In this document: in pieces, positions 36,901-45,293 of the stretch
Layout of the letters: each line of letters starts with the position of its first letter
How positions within the stretch are numbered: the first letter of the stretch is position 1
Assembly (NCBI GenBank): GCA_963677595.1
Contig: OY782041.1
Coordinates: 2,368,001-2,432,000 of the forward strand
DNA: 64,000 nt
DNA from: Spirochaetia bacterium
GTDB lineage: Bacteria > Spirochaetota > Spirochaetia > CAKZLE01
Direction of reading: 5' to 3'
Made by a program: the position numbers and the translations under genes
The notes under the pieces: model-generated
What the model was told of the DNA's origin: nothing
What the model saw: the letters and a program-made list of their open reading frames with translations, nothing else
Databases searched by the model: none

Positions 36901-37521
36901 GAACAGATGGAGCTGCTGGCAACGCAACATGATCTGGAGATGGAGATTCTCCGGGATCGCTGGGAGCATGGGGAGCTTACCGGGGAAGATTATTTCTCCC
37001 AGGCTATGGCTGCTAATATCTCCTATCAGGAGACAGAGGATTCCTATGATAACCAGTCCCAGCTGATCGAAGGTGTGCAGGGAACAATCAGCGATCTCCA
37101 GGACGAGCTGAATGGACTTTCCGGCTGGACGAAGTTCTGGACCCGAGCTGATGAGAAGCTTGAGGCTGAGATTGATAAGTACGAGAAACTCCTCGCAGCG
37201 ATCGCCTCGATGGATGGACTCTCTGATGCTGAAGTAGCTGACCTCGCAGAGACCTACGGGATCACCGTACCCGGTGCTGCCCGGGGAGCTGACTTCATTA
37301 CCTCGGGTCCCATGCTCATGGCAGTAGGGGATAACCCCGGTGGAAAGGAGAGAGTGCAGATCTCACCGATCACCAGCAGCAATATTCATGGACCCCAAGG
37401 GACGGATGGACAAGCGATTCATATCACGATCACCGGGGATGTGTACGGGGTGGATGATCTCTATGCCCGGCTCGATGCTGCCGGAAAGCGGCTGAAGAAA
37501 CTGGGGAGGATTGCCGGATGA
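33907..37521 (+). CDS. Tail tape measure protein
   Basis: About 1200 aa, Ala/Glu-rich and helical; N-terminus IQLVIDAD; C-terminal GADF...GP...VGD..G.E.V motif. Start moved to the ATG after AAGGAG. Confidence 0.9.
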   Translation: MPSGAKIQLVIDADSKRAEANLKAFQAEAKSAGASVSKLDQVASARHLEKFEERLSRNAKAAKYFGGETAALEKEQQLLRREIERLIRQGMDPLDSTVTRLKSRYDSNSVSLQKLTSANRAYSATMKTASAVTGTFMRTVLPFVGVTAAISSAVSMIRDSGAAFEESEARAQKFAITYEGITDLATERVKKLADTFNYADSTMMGILAETGDLLTGFGLAGVEALNLTEKAAYLGAALAKMNPNIGDAAAATSDLTKLMSGEGESMKKWGVIVRDSAVQAKLLEQGLTRLTGEALLQAQAQARLEIAYSQSKNALANVSSETVLALDVARRYDEAWKERKEIIGEATTNFFTPIKLKIAEQIEAWNDATQAKKNYDAALAGDPTADLTAAIARQQEKVDELYQDLESYANPDNLAKKWFYGGADWIREAVGGDTIVESVLEKIKAEEGKLQQLKDQLAEQTAERSTASTIESSIAKYQASHEALEKTNAAIESQFSAIDRLSEANEKAGVTFDSFTEKQLAARKALTELVSGGVINTEHLDEFIGTYREFLAEVEKKPAETPTIDFSSLTTELDAQLTAVDQLQAAYLRAGSEFDGFTKKQAQVQKGFEALATSGADTEILDAFIAKYREFLALSEGENGDLPLTSGEAFSAYRSELDAEILSIDKLSAAYRKAGIEFDSFERKQQAARKLLNEVVSSGSLDTADLDRFIGAYKEFLADLPEGGASLPAVSFSDMSSELSDQITSIEQMAAAYELAGGEFDAFNEKQAAVKKTFEELIQAGTDTEFLKGFIAQYREFLEVGEKTSSIAEVLSSVDEAAFNLRNQYARMGIELSETESKTKVLEEKLAALAATGEYTEWELYQIEQTLKDLKAASDETASAWDSLADSMTSALSGFLEDAIGSLGSGEFDLSGAAESAIDTVIGGAADAAMVAFPQFAPLIALGEGAIKGLNKAIFDTISATSEANDLIEEQHAAITELFADVLDLETELADQRTEAIYEQMELLATQHDLEMEILRDRWEHGELTGEDYFSQAMAANISYQETEDSYDNQSQLIEGVQGTISDLQDELNGLSGWTKFWTRADEKLEAEIDKYEKLLAAIASMDGLSDAEVADLAETYGITVPGAARGADFITSGPMLMAVGDNPGGKERVQISPITSSNIHGPQGTDGQAIHITITGDVYGVDDLYARLDAAGKRLKKLGRIAG

Positions 37522-39245
37522 TTCAGTTATTCCTCTACTTCCCTGACCTCACTGCTCCGATGGATATCTCTCACCTGGTGAGAGCAAACAGCTTCTCTAT
37601 GACCCGTAATCTCTACAATGAGAACTGTGAGAGTGTCATCGATACCTGCTCGGTGGAGCTGAAGTATGATCAGCTTCTCGTGGCCCGGATCATGGCTGCA
37701 CCAGCGAATGAGAAAATCCTCTGCAAGGTATACAACACAGATGAGACTCCACTATTTTCTGGGTATATCGCTCCCTCACTGGACCTCAGGAAGACGAAGC
37801 AGGTTGAGACGATCTCCCTGGAGATCCGGGACGATTCCTGGAAACTCGATCTTCCACTCTCCTCAGACTTCCAAAGACCGGCTTCAATTGCTGACCCAGA
37901 GGTAACGGTACGATCAGTCTACGAAGCGCTCCTTCTGGAAGCCGGGTATGACTCGCTCTCTATTGCAGCGGACGGGATTGCTGCAGCTGAGACGATCCAG
38001 ATGGTCAGTGTGGAAGCCGAGAAGTATACCTACCGGCAGCTGCTTGATTCTATCCTCAGGGATCATGGCTATGTGTTCAGCCTGAACAGTGAGGGACAGT
38101 TCTTTCTGTACCAGTGGAACCGTGATACCTATATCCCCTATGCCGTGATCGATCAGCAGCTCTCCACGGTGGATGCCTTTGAGATCTCGAAGGAGGATAC
38201 CTCATCAGACGGGATTAAACTGACTTGGGCAGGGTTGGAAACTCTGGAGGAGGTCCGCCTCTATACAGCAAATCTCCCGGTTGGGACCGATACAGCTTCC
38301 TCAGGAGTGAGCATCCTTCCTGACCGGTACTACCCGGAAGACGGGGATGTGATAGACACCTTCCAGACATTCCAGACCGAGTGGCTCGATGTTGCTTATC
38401 AGTCAAGAAAGACGAGGGTGAAGAATGAGGATATCACTCTCATTACTACAGAGAACCATAGACTCTCTACGCTCTCGGAGGCGGGAGTCTCTGTATTCAA
38501 GCAGAGCTTTGGGAAACACCAGGCACAGATCCTCTTCCAGAACTCTACCGAATCAGCTCAGAAGCTCTATGTCTTTGAGATTTACGGGAGAGCACTCTTC
38601 CGGTCTTCGATCAGGGAGACGGTGATACCTGCAGGAGCAGTGGACCCAGCAGAAGAGAGCAGTGAATTCGTCTTCTCCCAGAACACTGCAGAGAAGCTTG
38701 CAGCAGGACTCTACCGGAACCAGCGGTACGGGAATATCCTGTACCGCTTCACTCTCAGGGAGCAGCTGGTTGCCGTCGGGGATGTGGTATCACTCAGGCA
38801 GAGTGATCCTGCTCTCGATACTTTGGCAGTAATCACCAGTGAGAACTGGACGGACGGAGTGAACAGCTATCGGTATACGGCAAGGGGGGTGTCTTCCTTC
38901 GGGGAGCTTGAAGTGATTACAACCGCCTACCAGGCGGCGAAAGCAGGGAAGGGAGAAAAAGGGGAGGCTGGTGCTGCAGCAGTGAACTTGATTGTGGTCT
39001 CTGACCAGGGAAATATCTTCCGGCCAGCGCTGACCGACACGACCCTCGAGGCGAGAGTCTATCAGGACGGAGAGGAGATCACGGCTTCTTACGAGGCTTC
39101 CCGGTTCCGCTGGACCCGCTCCTCCCTTGATAGCACTGCAGATGCAATCTGGAATTCGGCTCACTACTCGGTGGGTACGAAGACCCTGCATATAACTGAT
39201 GAAGATGTTGAAAGCAGAGCGACATTCTTCTGCGAACTGATATAG
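37518..39245 (+). CDS. Tail tip/baseplate hub-like protein
   Basis: Follows the tape measure gene; short collagen-like GKGEKGEAG; C-terminal Ig-like segment (GNIFR...LEARVY...FRWTR). Confidence 0.65.
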   Translation: MIQLFLYFPDLTAPMDISHLVRANSFSMTRNLYNENCESVIDTCSVELKYDQLLVARIMAAPANEKILCKVYNTDETPLFSGYIAPSLDLRKTKQVETISLEIRDDSWKLDLPLSSDFQRPASIADPEVTVRSVYEALLLEAGYDSLSIAADGIAAAETIQMVSVEAEKYTYRQLLDSILRDHGYVFSLNSEGQFFLYQWNRDTYIPYAVIDQQLSTVDAFEISKEDTSSDGIKLTWAGLETLEEVRLYTANLPVGTDTASSGVSILPDRYYPEDGDVIDTFQTFQTEWLDVAYQSRKTRVKNEDITLITTENHRLSTLSEAGVSVFKQSFGKHQAQILFQNSTESAQKLYVFEIYGRALFRSSIRETVIPAGAVDPAEESSEFVFSQNTAEKLAAGLYRNQRYGNILYRFTLREQLVAVGDVVSLRQSDPALDTLAVITSENWTDGVNSYRYTARGVSSFGELEVITTAYQAAKAGKGEKGEAGAAAVNLIVVSDQGNIFRPALTDTTLEARVYQDGEEITASYEASRFRWTRSSLDSTADAIWNSAHYSVGTKTLHITDEDVESRATFFCELI

Positions 39246-39262
39246 ATAAGGAGAACAATAAT

Positions 39263-40309
39263 ATGGCAGTTTCAGTTGGACAGATTACGATTATGGATTA
39301 TAACGATGCGCTGACCCTTACCGGGTTCATTTCATCGAACTTACCGAAGACTCAGCGGTACTCGGCAGATACCGGAACCTTCACACCGGACTGGGGCAGC
39401 ACCTCTCTGGTACTCACCCCGAGCCTCTTCATTTTGGGAAGCGGTACTGACAAGATCACTGACTCGGCAGTGCAGTCAGTCTCCTGGCAGCGCAAGCCCT
39501 CGGACTCAAGTGTCTTTTCGGCACTCACCTCCGGGGAAGCACTCTCGGGAGCAAAGAGTCATATTCTCACCGTTTCAGCGAACAAGTTGACCGGCAGTAT
39601 CAATGCTATTGAGTACCTGTGTACGATCACCTACCTCGATAGTGCTACCGGACTGAACCTCACCTACAAGATCAGTATCAACCTCTCGAAGGTGATCGAC
39701 GGGAATAATATCGCGGTGGCTGCGGTCCATGCTCCGAGCGGAAATGTGTTCAAGAATTCAGAGCCCACCTCTCTTTCAGCAAAGGCAGAGCTCTACCGGG
39801 GAGCTACTCTCGATACCACTCTCCTTTCTTACCAGTGGTTCAAGTATGTTCCCGGCAATGCTGATGAAGGGGCAGGAGCCGACTGGGATCTCCTGGCAGG
39901 CCAGACCAGCAATACCCTTGCGGTAACTCCTGCGATGGTGGATGGCCTGCAGCAGTTCAAGGTGAAGATCACCGACAATGATGCCTCTTCTCCCACCAAC
40001 GGAGATTCCTTCTATGATGTGATAGCCTTCACCGATATGACCGATCCCGTCCAGGTGGTGATTGAATCAACTGCAGGAACGGTCTTCAAGAATGGGGTAG
40101 GGACTACCGATCTTTCATCCAAGCTCTTCCAGAATGGAGTGGAGATTGATGCTGGAGGGACGGGGTACACCTATACCTGGACGATCACCAACAAGGACGG
40201 GAATGCCCGGACCTTTGCTGATGCCTCTTCCTCGAAGACGGGAAAGACTATCTCGGTGGGAACCAGTGATGTGGATGTGAAATCGACGATCACCTGCTCA
40301 GTGAGCTAA
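39263..40309 (+). CDS. Tail protein with repeated Ig-like domains
   Basis: GQITIMD start; repeated GNVFKN/GTVFKN...LSAKAELY/LSSKLF...YQW/YTW units. Confidence 0.7.
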   Translation: MAVSVGQITIMDYNDALTLTGFISSNLPKTQRYSADTGTFTPDWGSTSLVLTPSLFILGSGTDKITDSAVQSVSWQRKPSDSSVFSALTSGEALSGAKSHILTVSANKLTGSINAIEYLCTITYLDSATGLNLTYKISINLSKVIDGNNIAVAAVHAPSGNVFKNSEPTSLSAKAELYRGATLDTTLLSYQWFKYVPGNADEGAGADWDLLAGQTSNTLAVTPAMVDGLQQFKVKITDNDASSPTNGDSFYDVIAFTDMTDPVQVVIESTAGTVFKNGVGTTDLSSKLFQNGVEIDAGGTGYTYTWTITNKDGNARTFADASSSKTGKTISVGTSDVDVKSTITCSVS

Positions 40310-40319
40310 AAGAGGAACC

Positions 40320-42041
40320 ATGAGCCTGATTACCAAGAACCAGATTACGATCGTCAATGTCGATGACGGAGCTCCTGGAAGCCCTGGGGAACCAGGGCCC
40401 GCCGGTCCCCGGGGAGCCTCCTCGGTCGGTCTCGGCCTGAAGATGAATTACTCAACCTTTACTGCCGTGAATCCGGGAGAGATCTATTTGCATGGCTTCA
40501 CTGATGCTGGAGATCCCGCTGATGTGGATGGCTTCATCTACTACCAGGATACCAAGCTCACGGTGGCGAAGAGGATGATCAATCCCAATGCAGTGATTGA
40601 CGGTTTTCTGGTACTAGAGGTTGCTACCGGGTATGCCTATGTAGCAGCCTATGATTACCTCGCGAACCAGTTCAAGCTCAGGGATACTTCCTACGGGAGG
40701 GAAGGGTATGTGATTGATGCTGCCGGTTGGCTCTGTATCGGCAGGATGAAGAATGATGACGTTGAGAATACTTCTTCTGCGATCCTGTATGAAAGGGCAG
40801 TTGATCTTGGTGCAGCACTGCGAACGGTACTGAGCGAAGTAATCTTCCAGAAGGCAGATGTTACCCAGGCAGAATTCGATTCCCTGCTGCAGTATACTCA
40901 GACTCAGTTCTTCAGTCGGTTGGCAGTGAGTAGTCTGTTCGTGAATGACCTGGTGGGAAACACTGCATTCATTGACTCCCTGATCTCAGAGGAAGCATTT
41001 ATCAACGATGCGACGGTGAGGAAGCTGGTGATCGAGGAGACGGTTGACGGGGTAGTGTACACGATCAGGATCGACAAGGATCACGGCATTGAGCTGACAG
41101 TTGACGGGGTGACGAAGTTTCATGCCAGTCCCACCGGTTCTCTCATTGCCAGGGATGCTTCACTGATCAATTCCTCGGTATCGGGGATCTTCACCTCGCC
41201 GGAGTTTTCCACCCAGAAGGCGGGATCAGCCGGGTCCACCAGCTATTCGAAAACCTTGGGGGACATCTACAAGACCATAGGCTACTTCTACACCCTGAGT
41301 GAATACATGCTGAATAATCCTTCAGCATCCGGTCTTTCCGGACAGTTCGGTTCCTACAGCTTTTCAGAAGTTGTCTACTACAATGGCGGGTCCCGGTCTT
41401 TGTATGCACTGGCAGGAGATTTTGTATCGAACGGGACTCTGTATATCATTCGGCAGTGTGAAGCAGATCCGTTTCCACCTCTCATGACGACCGCGGAAGA
41501 CTTGGGAGCAGTCTATGAAACAGTACCAGCCTCCTTTGTCGCCAATGTTGCTGATGACGGAGTGACCCTCTGGAACAACAGTACTGATGCCTTTGTCCAC
41601 TTTCTCTGCAGTGATCTGATCGCTCAGTTTGCAGCACTGCCGGTGGGGACCTCGATGCCGTTCACGGGAAGCTTTGCGATCACCTATGATCCGAGCGCCT
41701 TCTTCAATTACATAAGCGGTCCCACGATGGAGAGTGTCTCGATCACCTCCACAACCTCCTCGAAGTATTCACTCCTACTGAGCAGCACGGCTATAGAGAT
41801 CTATGATCCAAGTGGTGTATTTGTCGTTTCCATCAATGCTGCAACAAGAGCCACCTCCTGCGTGGTGAATATCTCTGTAGAGAGTGTGAAGGAAGGGATC
41901 AAGGTGAAGAACATCATGCCTACCTCTGATAATGCCTACAAGATAGGGGAGACGAACTCCAGGTTCACTGAAGTGCACAGTGTGGAGTTTCATGGAACCG
42001 AGGTATTCGCAACTACGGTACACGGGGCGGTATTCAACTGA
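40320..42041 (+). CDS. Tail fibre / receptor-binding protein
   Basis: NQITIVNVDDG, collagen-like GAPGSPGEPGPAGPRG, C-terminal P..DNAYKIG...RF motif. Confidence 0.7.
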   Translation: MSLITKNQITIVNVDDGAPGSPGEPGPAGPRGASSVGLGLKMNYSTFTAVNPGEIYLHGFTDAGDPADVDGFIYYQDTKLTVAKRMINPNAVIDGFLVLEVATGYAYVAAYDYLANQFKLRDTSYGREGYVIDAAGWLCIGRMKNDDVENTSSAILYERAVDLGAALRTVLSEVIFQKADVTQAEFDSLLQYTQTQFFSRLAVSSLFVNDLVGNTAFIDSLISEEAFINDATVRKLVIEETVDGVVYTIRIDKDHGIELTVDGVTKFHASPTGSLIARDASLINSSVSGIFTSPEFSTQKAGSAGSTSYSKTLGDIYKTIGYFYTLSEYMLNNPSASGLSGQFGSYSFSEVVYYNGGSRSLYALAGDFVSNGTLYIIRQCEADPFPPLMTTAEDLGAVYETVPASFVANVADDGVTLWNNSTDAFVHFLCSDLIAQFAALPVGTSMPFTGSFAITYDPSAFFNYISGPTMESVSITSTTSSKYSLLLSSTAIEIYDPSGVFVVSINAATRATSCVVNISVESVKEGIKVKNIMPTSDNAYKIGETNSRFTEVHSVEFHGTEVFATTVHGAVFN

Positions 42042-42679
42042 TGGCAACGGCAGGAAGCACAATAGGAAAAGCTGGATTCTCAACCGGGGTGGTGTTCTCG
42101 AAGTCCTGGGGGAGCGGGTCTCTCGTTGCCTCGGGCTCTGGGACCTCATACCGGCACGTCTACTTTGTAGCCTCGGTGTTTACCTTTCGAGCCTATATCA
42201 AGGACGTGTGGATCGGGTACGGGCTTAATGCCTATGAGTTGCAGTACTGGGGAGGCTCTTCCTGGGTGACCGAGCACCGGCAGACGAATATCGGGGACAA
42301 GGACTCTTACATGTTCGAGATCAATATCACAACAAGTGAGTCTGCCTCGAATGGGAAATATCGGGCGAACAGTGACAGGGTCTGGTGGAGGATGAGGATC
42401 AACAATACCAATGATTATTACCCTTCTTATAACACGGGGGAACTGAAGATCTATGGGCTGGGAGCTCATCTGGATTATGACAACCGGATCAAGGGGAAGT
42501 ACATCAAAGGGTATCTGAAATCCTCCCAGGGGGTTCCGTATGTGCACAGCAGTTCATCGGTGTATGACGTGTCTGTGACGAATTCCTGGGTGAGTGATCT
42601 GTACAACAATACCAGCCTGAAAGGCACGGTGATATCGGCGGGGGTTCCCGAGTATGCCGTGCTGCCTGATAACTACTAA
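42041..42679 (+). CDS. Hypothetical tail-associated protein
   Basis: 212 aa, Ser/Tyr/Gly-rich, TGATG coupling. Confidence 0.6.
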   Translation: MATAGSTIGKAGFSTGVVFSKSWGSGSLVASGSGTSYRHVYFVASVFTFRAYIKDVWIGYGLNAYELQYWGGSSWVTEHRQTNIGDKDSYMFEINITTSESASNGKYRANSDRVWWRMRINNTNDYYPSYNTGELKIYGLGAHLDYDNRIKGKYIKGYLKSSQGVPYVHSSSSVYDVSVTNSWVSDLYNNTSLKGTVISAGVPEYAVLPDNY

Positions 42680-42691
42680 AGGAGAAAAAGT

Positions 42692-43084
42692 GTGGGAATA
42701 TTAATGGATGTAGATAAGAGTCAGAATGCTCTTTTTCATCAGTTTACTGAAGCCTACTGGGCGATTGAGAATGTAGCATTCGGCTCTGATGGAGCGGACG
42801 GCTCAGTAATGGTCTCTTTCAACTTCTCTGCCTATCCAAGCAGGGAATCAAAGAAGGCGATGGAGCAGCATGTCACACCGGTATCGAACGGAACCTTCGG
42901 AGGACCGGTCATGAATATCGTGGAATCAACTCTCTATCGGTGGAGCGGAATGTTCCGTGCTTCTGATATCTTTGCAGTGGGTATCCCGGTGCTGAAGGAA
43001 GAGCAGCTGGAGATCCTCTATCCCTTTGTGAAGACCTATCTGAACCTCACCGAAGCGGTAGATGTCCTGGAGGAGATAGAGTGA
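42692..43084 (+). CDS. Hypothetical phage protein (possible fibre chaperone)
   Basis: AAGGAG RBS; YPSRE and LYPFVK motifs; position after the fibre genes. Confidence 0.55.
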   Translation: MGILMDVDKSQNALFHQFTEAYWAIENVAFGSDGADGSVMVSFNFSAYPSRESKKAMEQHVTPVSNGTFGGPVMNIVESTLYRWSGMFRASDIFAVGIPVLKEEQLEILYPFVKTYLNLTEAVDVLEEIE

Positions 43085-43473
43085 CTGACCCGATTGTAAA
43101 TGAAAAGAATGTGCTGCAGGTAGTCCAGGCGATGTATGAGAACGTGAAGTCAAACCAGCACCGCCTTGATACTACTGAACCGATCCTCAGGAAGATGAGT
43201 GAGCAGGTGAACCGACTCAATACTCTCCTTGTCGATAACGGGTATGCGAAGGCCGTAGAAGACTCAGCCCAGGAGATCAAGAAGCTGCGGAGTGAATTCA
43301 CTGTCTACAGTTTAACCCGGGAAGATTCCTGCCCGACGATGAAAAGGATTCAGGAACAGCGGCTACTGGATAGAGAAAAGAAGCATTGGAGTGTGGCTGT
43401 TATCAAGGTAATAGCTGCCGGGATCGGGGCAGTTTCCACCCTGATCATCATCTTTGAGAAAGTTGCAGTGTAG
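43081..43473 (+). CDS. Coiled-coil protein with C-terminal TM helix (lysis-module, XhlA-like topology)
   Basis: Hydrophobic C-terminus WSVAVIKVIAAGIGAVSTLIIIF; adjacent to the holin. Confidence 0.55.
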   Translation: MTDPIVNEKNVLQVVQAMYENVKSNQHRLDTTEPILRKMSEQVNRLNTLLVDNGYAKAVEDSAQEIKKLRSEFTVYSLTREDSCPTMKRIQEQRLLDREKKHWSVAVIKVIAAGIGAVSTLIIIFEKVAV

Positions 43474-43481
43474 GGGGAAGC

Positions 43482-43943
43482 ATGAGTTGGTTAGGAAAAA
43501 TATTTGGAGCGAAGGAAACTGCAGAAGCTGCAGGAACCGTAGTTGAATCGGTAAGTAACGGGATCACCAACCTTGCAACTGGTATCAGGTCGGCGATCAC
43601 CGGAGAGATGAGTCCAGATAAGAAAGCGGAGCTTGAAAAGATTGCCCTGGAAGCAGAGAATCTGCAGAAGCATACCCAGCTCGAGATCAACCTGGCAGAA
43701 GCTCGGCACCAGTCAGCCTTTGTGGCTGGCTGGAGACCGTTTATCGGGTGGGTCTGCGGGCTCTCCCTTGCAAACAACTATATCCTCAGACCCTGGGCGA
43801 TCGCTGTTTTATCGGCTTCTGGGAAAGTCTTCGAGTTCCCGGTAATTGATCTCTCACTGATGATCCCGATCATGACCGGGATGTTGGGACTGGCAGGTAT
43901 GCGAACTTATGAGAAGAAGCAGGGAGTGACGGGGAATCATTGA
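43482..43943 (+). CDS. 3TM holin (GTA-type family)
   Basis: QLEINLAEA, FVAGWRPFIGWVCG, GMLGLAGMRTYEK. Confidence 0.9.
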   Translation: MSWLGKIFGAKETAEAAGTVVESVSNGITNLATGIRSAITGEMSPDKKAELEKIALEAENLQKHTQLEINLAEARHQSAFVAGWRPFIGWVCGLSLANNYILRPWAIAVLSASGKVFEFPVIDLSLMIPIMTGMLGLAGMRTYEKKQGVTGNH

Positions 43944-44048
43944 TAGTTGTTATAAAAGTAGAGAATGGAAGAAAAAGATTCTCAGGAAGCTTTCTTAAGC
44001 ATTGCTAATTTACATGCCAGGGGTGATACTTGACCAAAGGAGGAGGGA

Positions 44049-45293
44049 ATGACACAAAACTCCTATCTGAAAGTAATTGAAGAGAACCTTCAAGAAGGCC
44101 TTTACATAGTTGATTTTGAGGCGAACCTTGTATACGCAAATGGAAGATTAGCTGAAATCTTAGGGTATGCTAGCGAAGAAGAAATTCTTGGTTTGAATGT
44201 CTTGGATTTTGTTAGCAGCGATTACCATGAGCAAATATGTGATTTGTTCGCGGAGACAATAAGCTCGAAGGCTCTCAAAAAAAATATAGTATTTAAAATA
44301 GATAAAAAAAATGGAGACAAAAATTTAATCCAACTAAACTTAGGTGGGATAAATCATCTTGGAATAATTGGTTCTCTAAGGGAGCTTCCAGAAGGGGAAG
44401 AAGCATGCAGCAATACTTCACATAGTGGTGCGCTCTATAAGACGATTGTCGAATTATCACCGGATGCAATCATGATATGTTCATTAGATGTTCAAATTCT
44501 GGACATTAACAACGCAGCTATAAATCTTTATGAATGTAACGATAAATTCGATGCCGTCGGGCACTCGGTATTGGAATTTATTGATCCCGATGAAATCGAG
44601 CATCTTAGAACCGTTTTTGAGGAAACTATTCTTTCTGACTACACTTTGCGGGCAGAAGCAAAATTGGTTACAAAAAGAGGAAAGCCCTTCATTGGCAAGA
44701 TAAGTGCGAAAAGAATCCCTGCAAATAATAAATTTGGATTTGTCATTGTAGTTCTGTCCCGAGATATTACAGAACAAAGACTGAAAGAACATAATCTGGA
44801 AGCTCAGGCAACAATTGATCCACTAACGAACCTGTTGAATCGCAGAGGGTTTCAAAATCTTGCAGATCAAGAAATAAAACATGCACAGAGAAGACGAATG
44901 AATGCAGTTCTCGTATTCATTGATATAGATAAAATGAAATTCATAAATGATTTGTATGGCCATGAATCGGGAGATCAGGCGATCCAAATTGTAGCAACTG
45001 CATTGAAAACCTCCTTCAGAAACTCTGATTTATTAAGTCGGTGGGGTGGTGATGAATTCCTCGTTTTAGCGCTTGATACTGAGGTTGAACATGCTGCAAA
45101 CATGATTGAAAAAATAAATTGGCACCTACAAAAAATTGTTGAAGAAAAGGATATCCCGTATGAGGTGTATGTCTCTGCAGGCTGCTCTCATTGTGATTTG
45201 CAAGGGGGATTCGAACTTCATAAGGCAATCTTGTTAGCAGATATGAATATGTATAAAGAAAAGGTGTTTAAAAAGAAAAGGATTTCAGACTAA
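44049..45293 (+). CDS. PAS-PAS-GGDEF diguanylate cyclase
   Basis: Two PAS domains; DPLTNLLNRR; IDIDKMKFIND.YGH..GD; RNSD I-site; RWGGDEF. Confidence 0.95.
   Translation: MTQNSYLKVIEENLQEGLYIVDFEANLVYANGRLAEILGYASEEEILGLNVLDFVSSDYHEQICDLFAETISSKALKKNIVFKIDKKNGDKNLIQLNLGGINHLGIIGSLRELPEGEEACSNTSHSGALYKTIVELSPDAIMICSLDVQILDINNAAINLYECNDKFDAVGHSVLEFIDPDEIEHLRTVFEETILSDYTLRAEAKLVTKRGKPFIGKISAKRIPANNKFGFVIVVLSRDITEQRLKEHNLEAQATIDPLTNLLNRRGFQNLADQEIKHAQRRRMNAVLVFIDIDKMKFINDLYGHESGDQAIQIVATALKTSFRNSDLLSRWGGDEFLVLALDTEVEHAANMIEKINWHLQKIVEEKDIPYEVYVSAGCSHCDLQGGFELHKAILLADMNMYKEKVFKKKRISD

Noticed and set aside
40320-43943. Diversity-generating retroelement or invertible tail-fibre cassette
   Set aside because: No reverse transcriptase, invertase or TR/VR repeat pair seen in the window.
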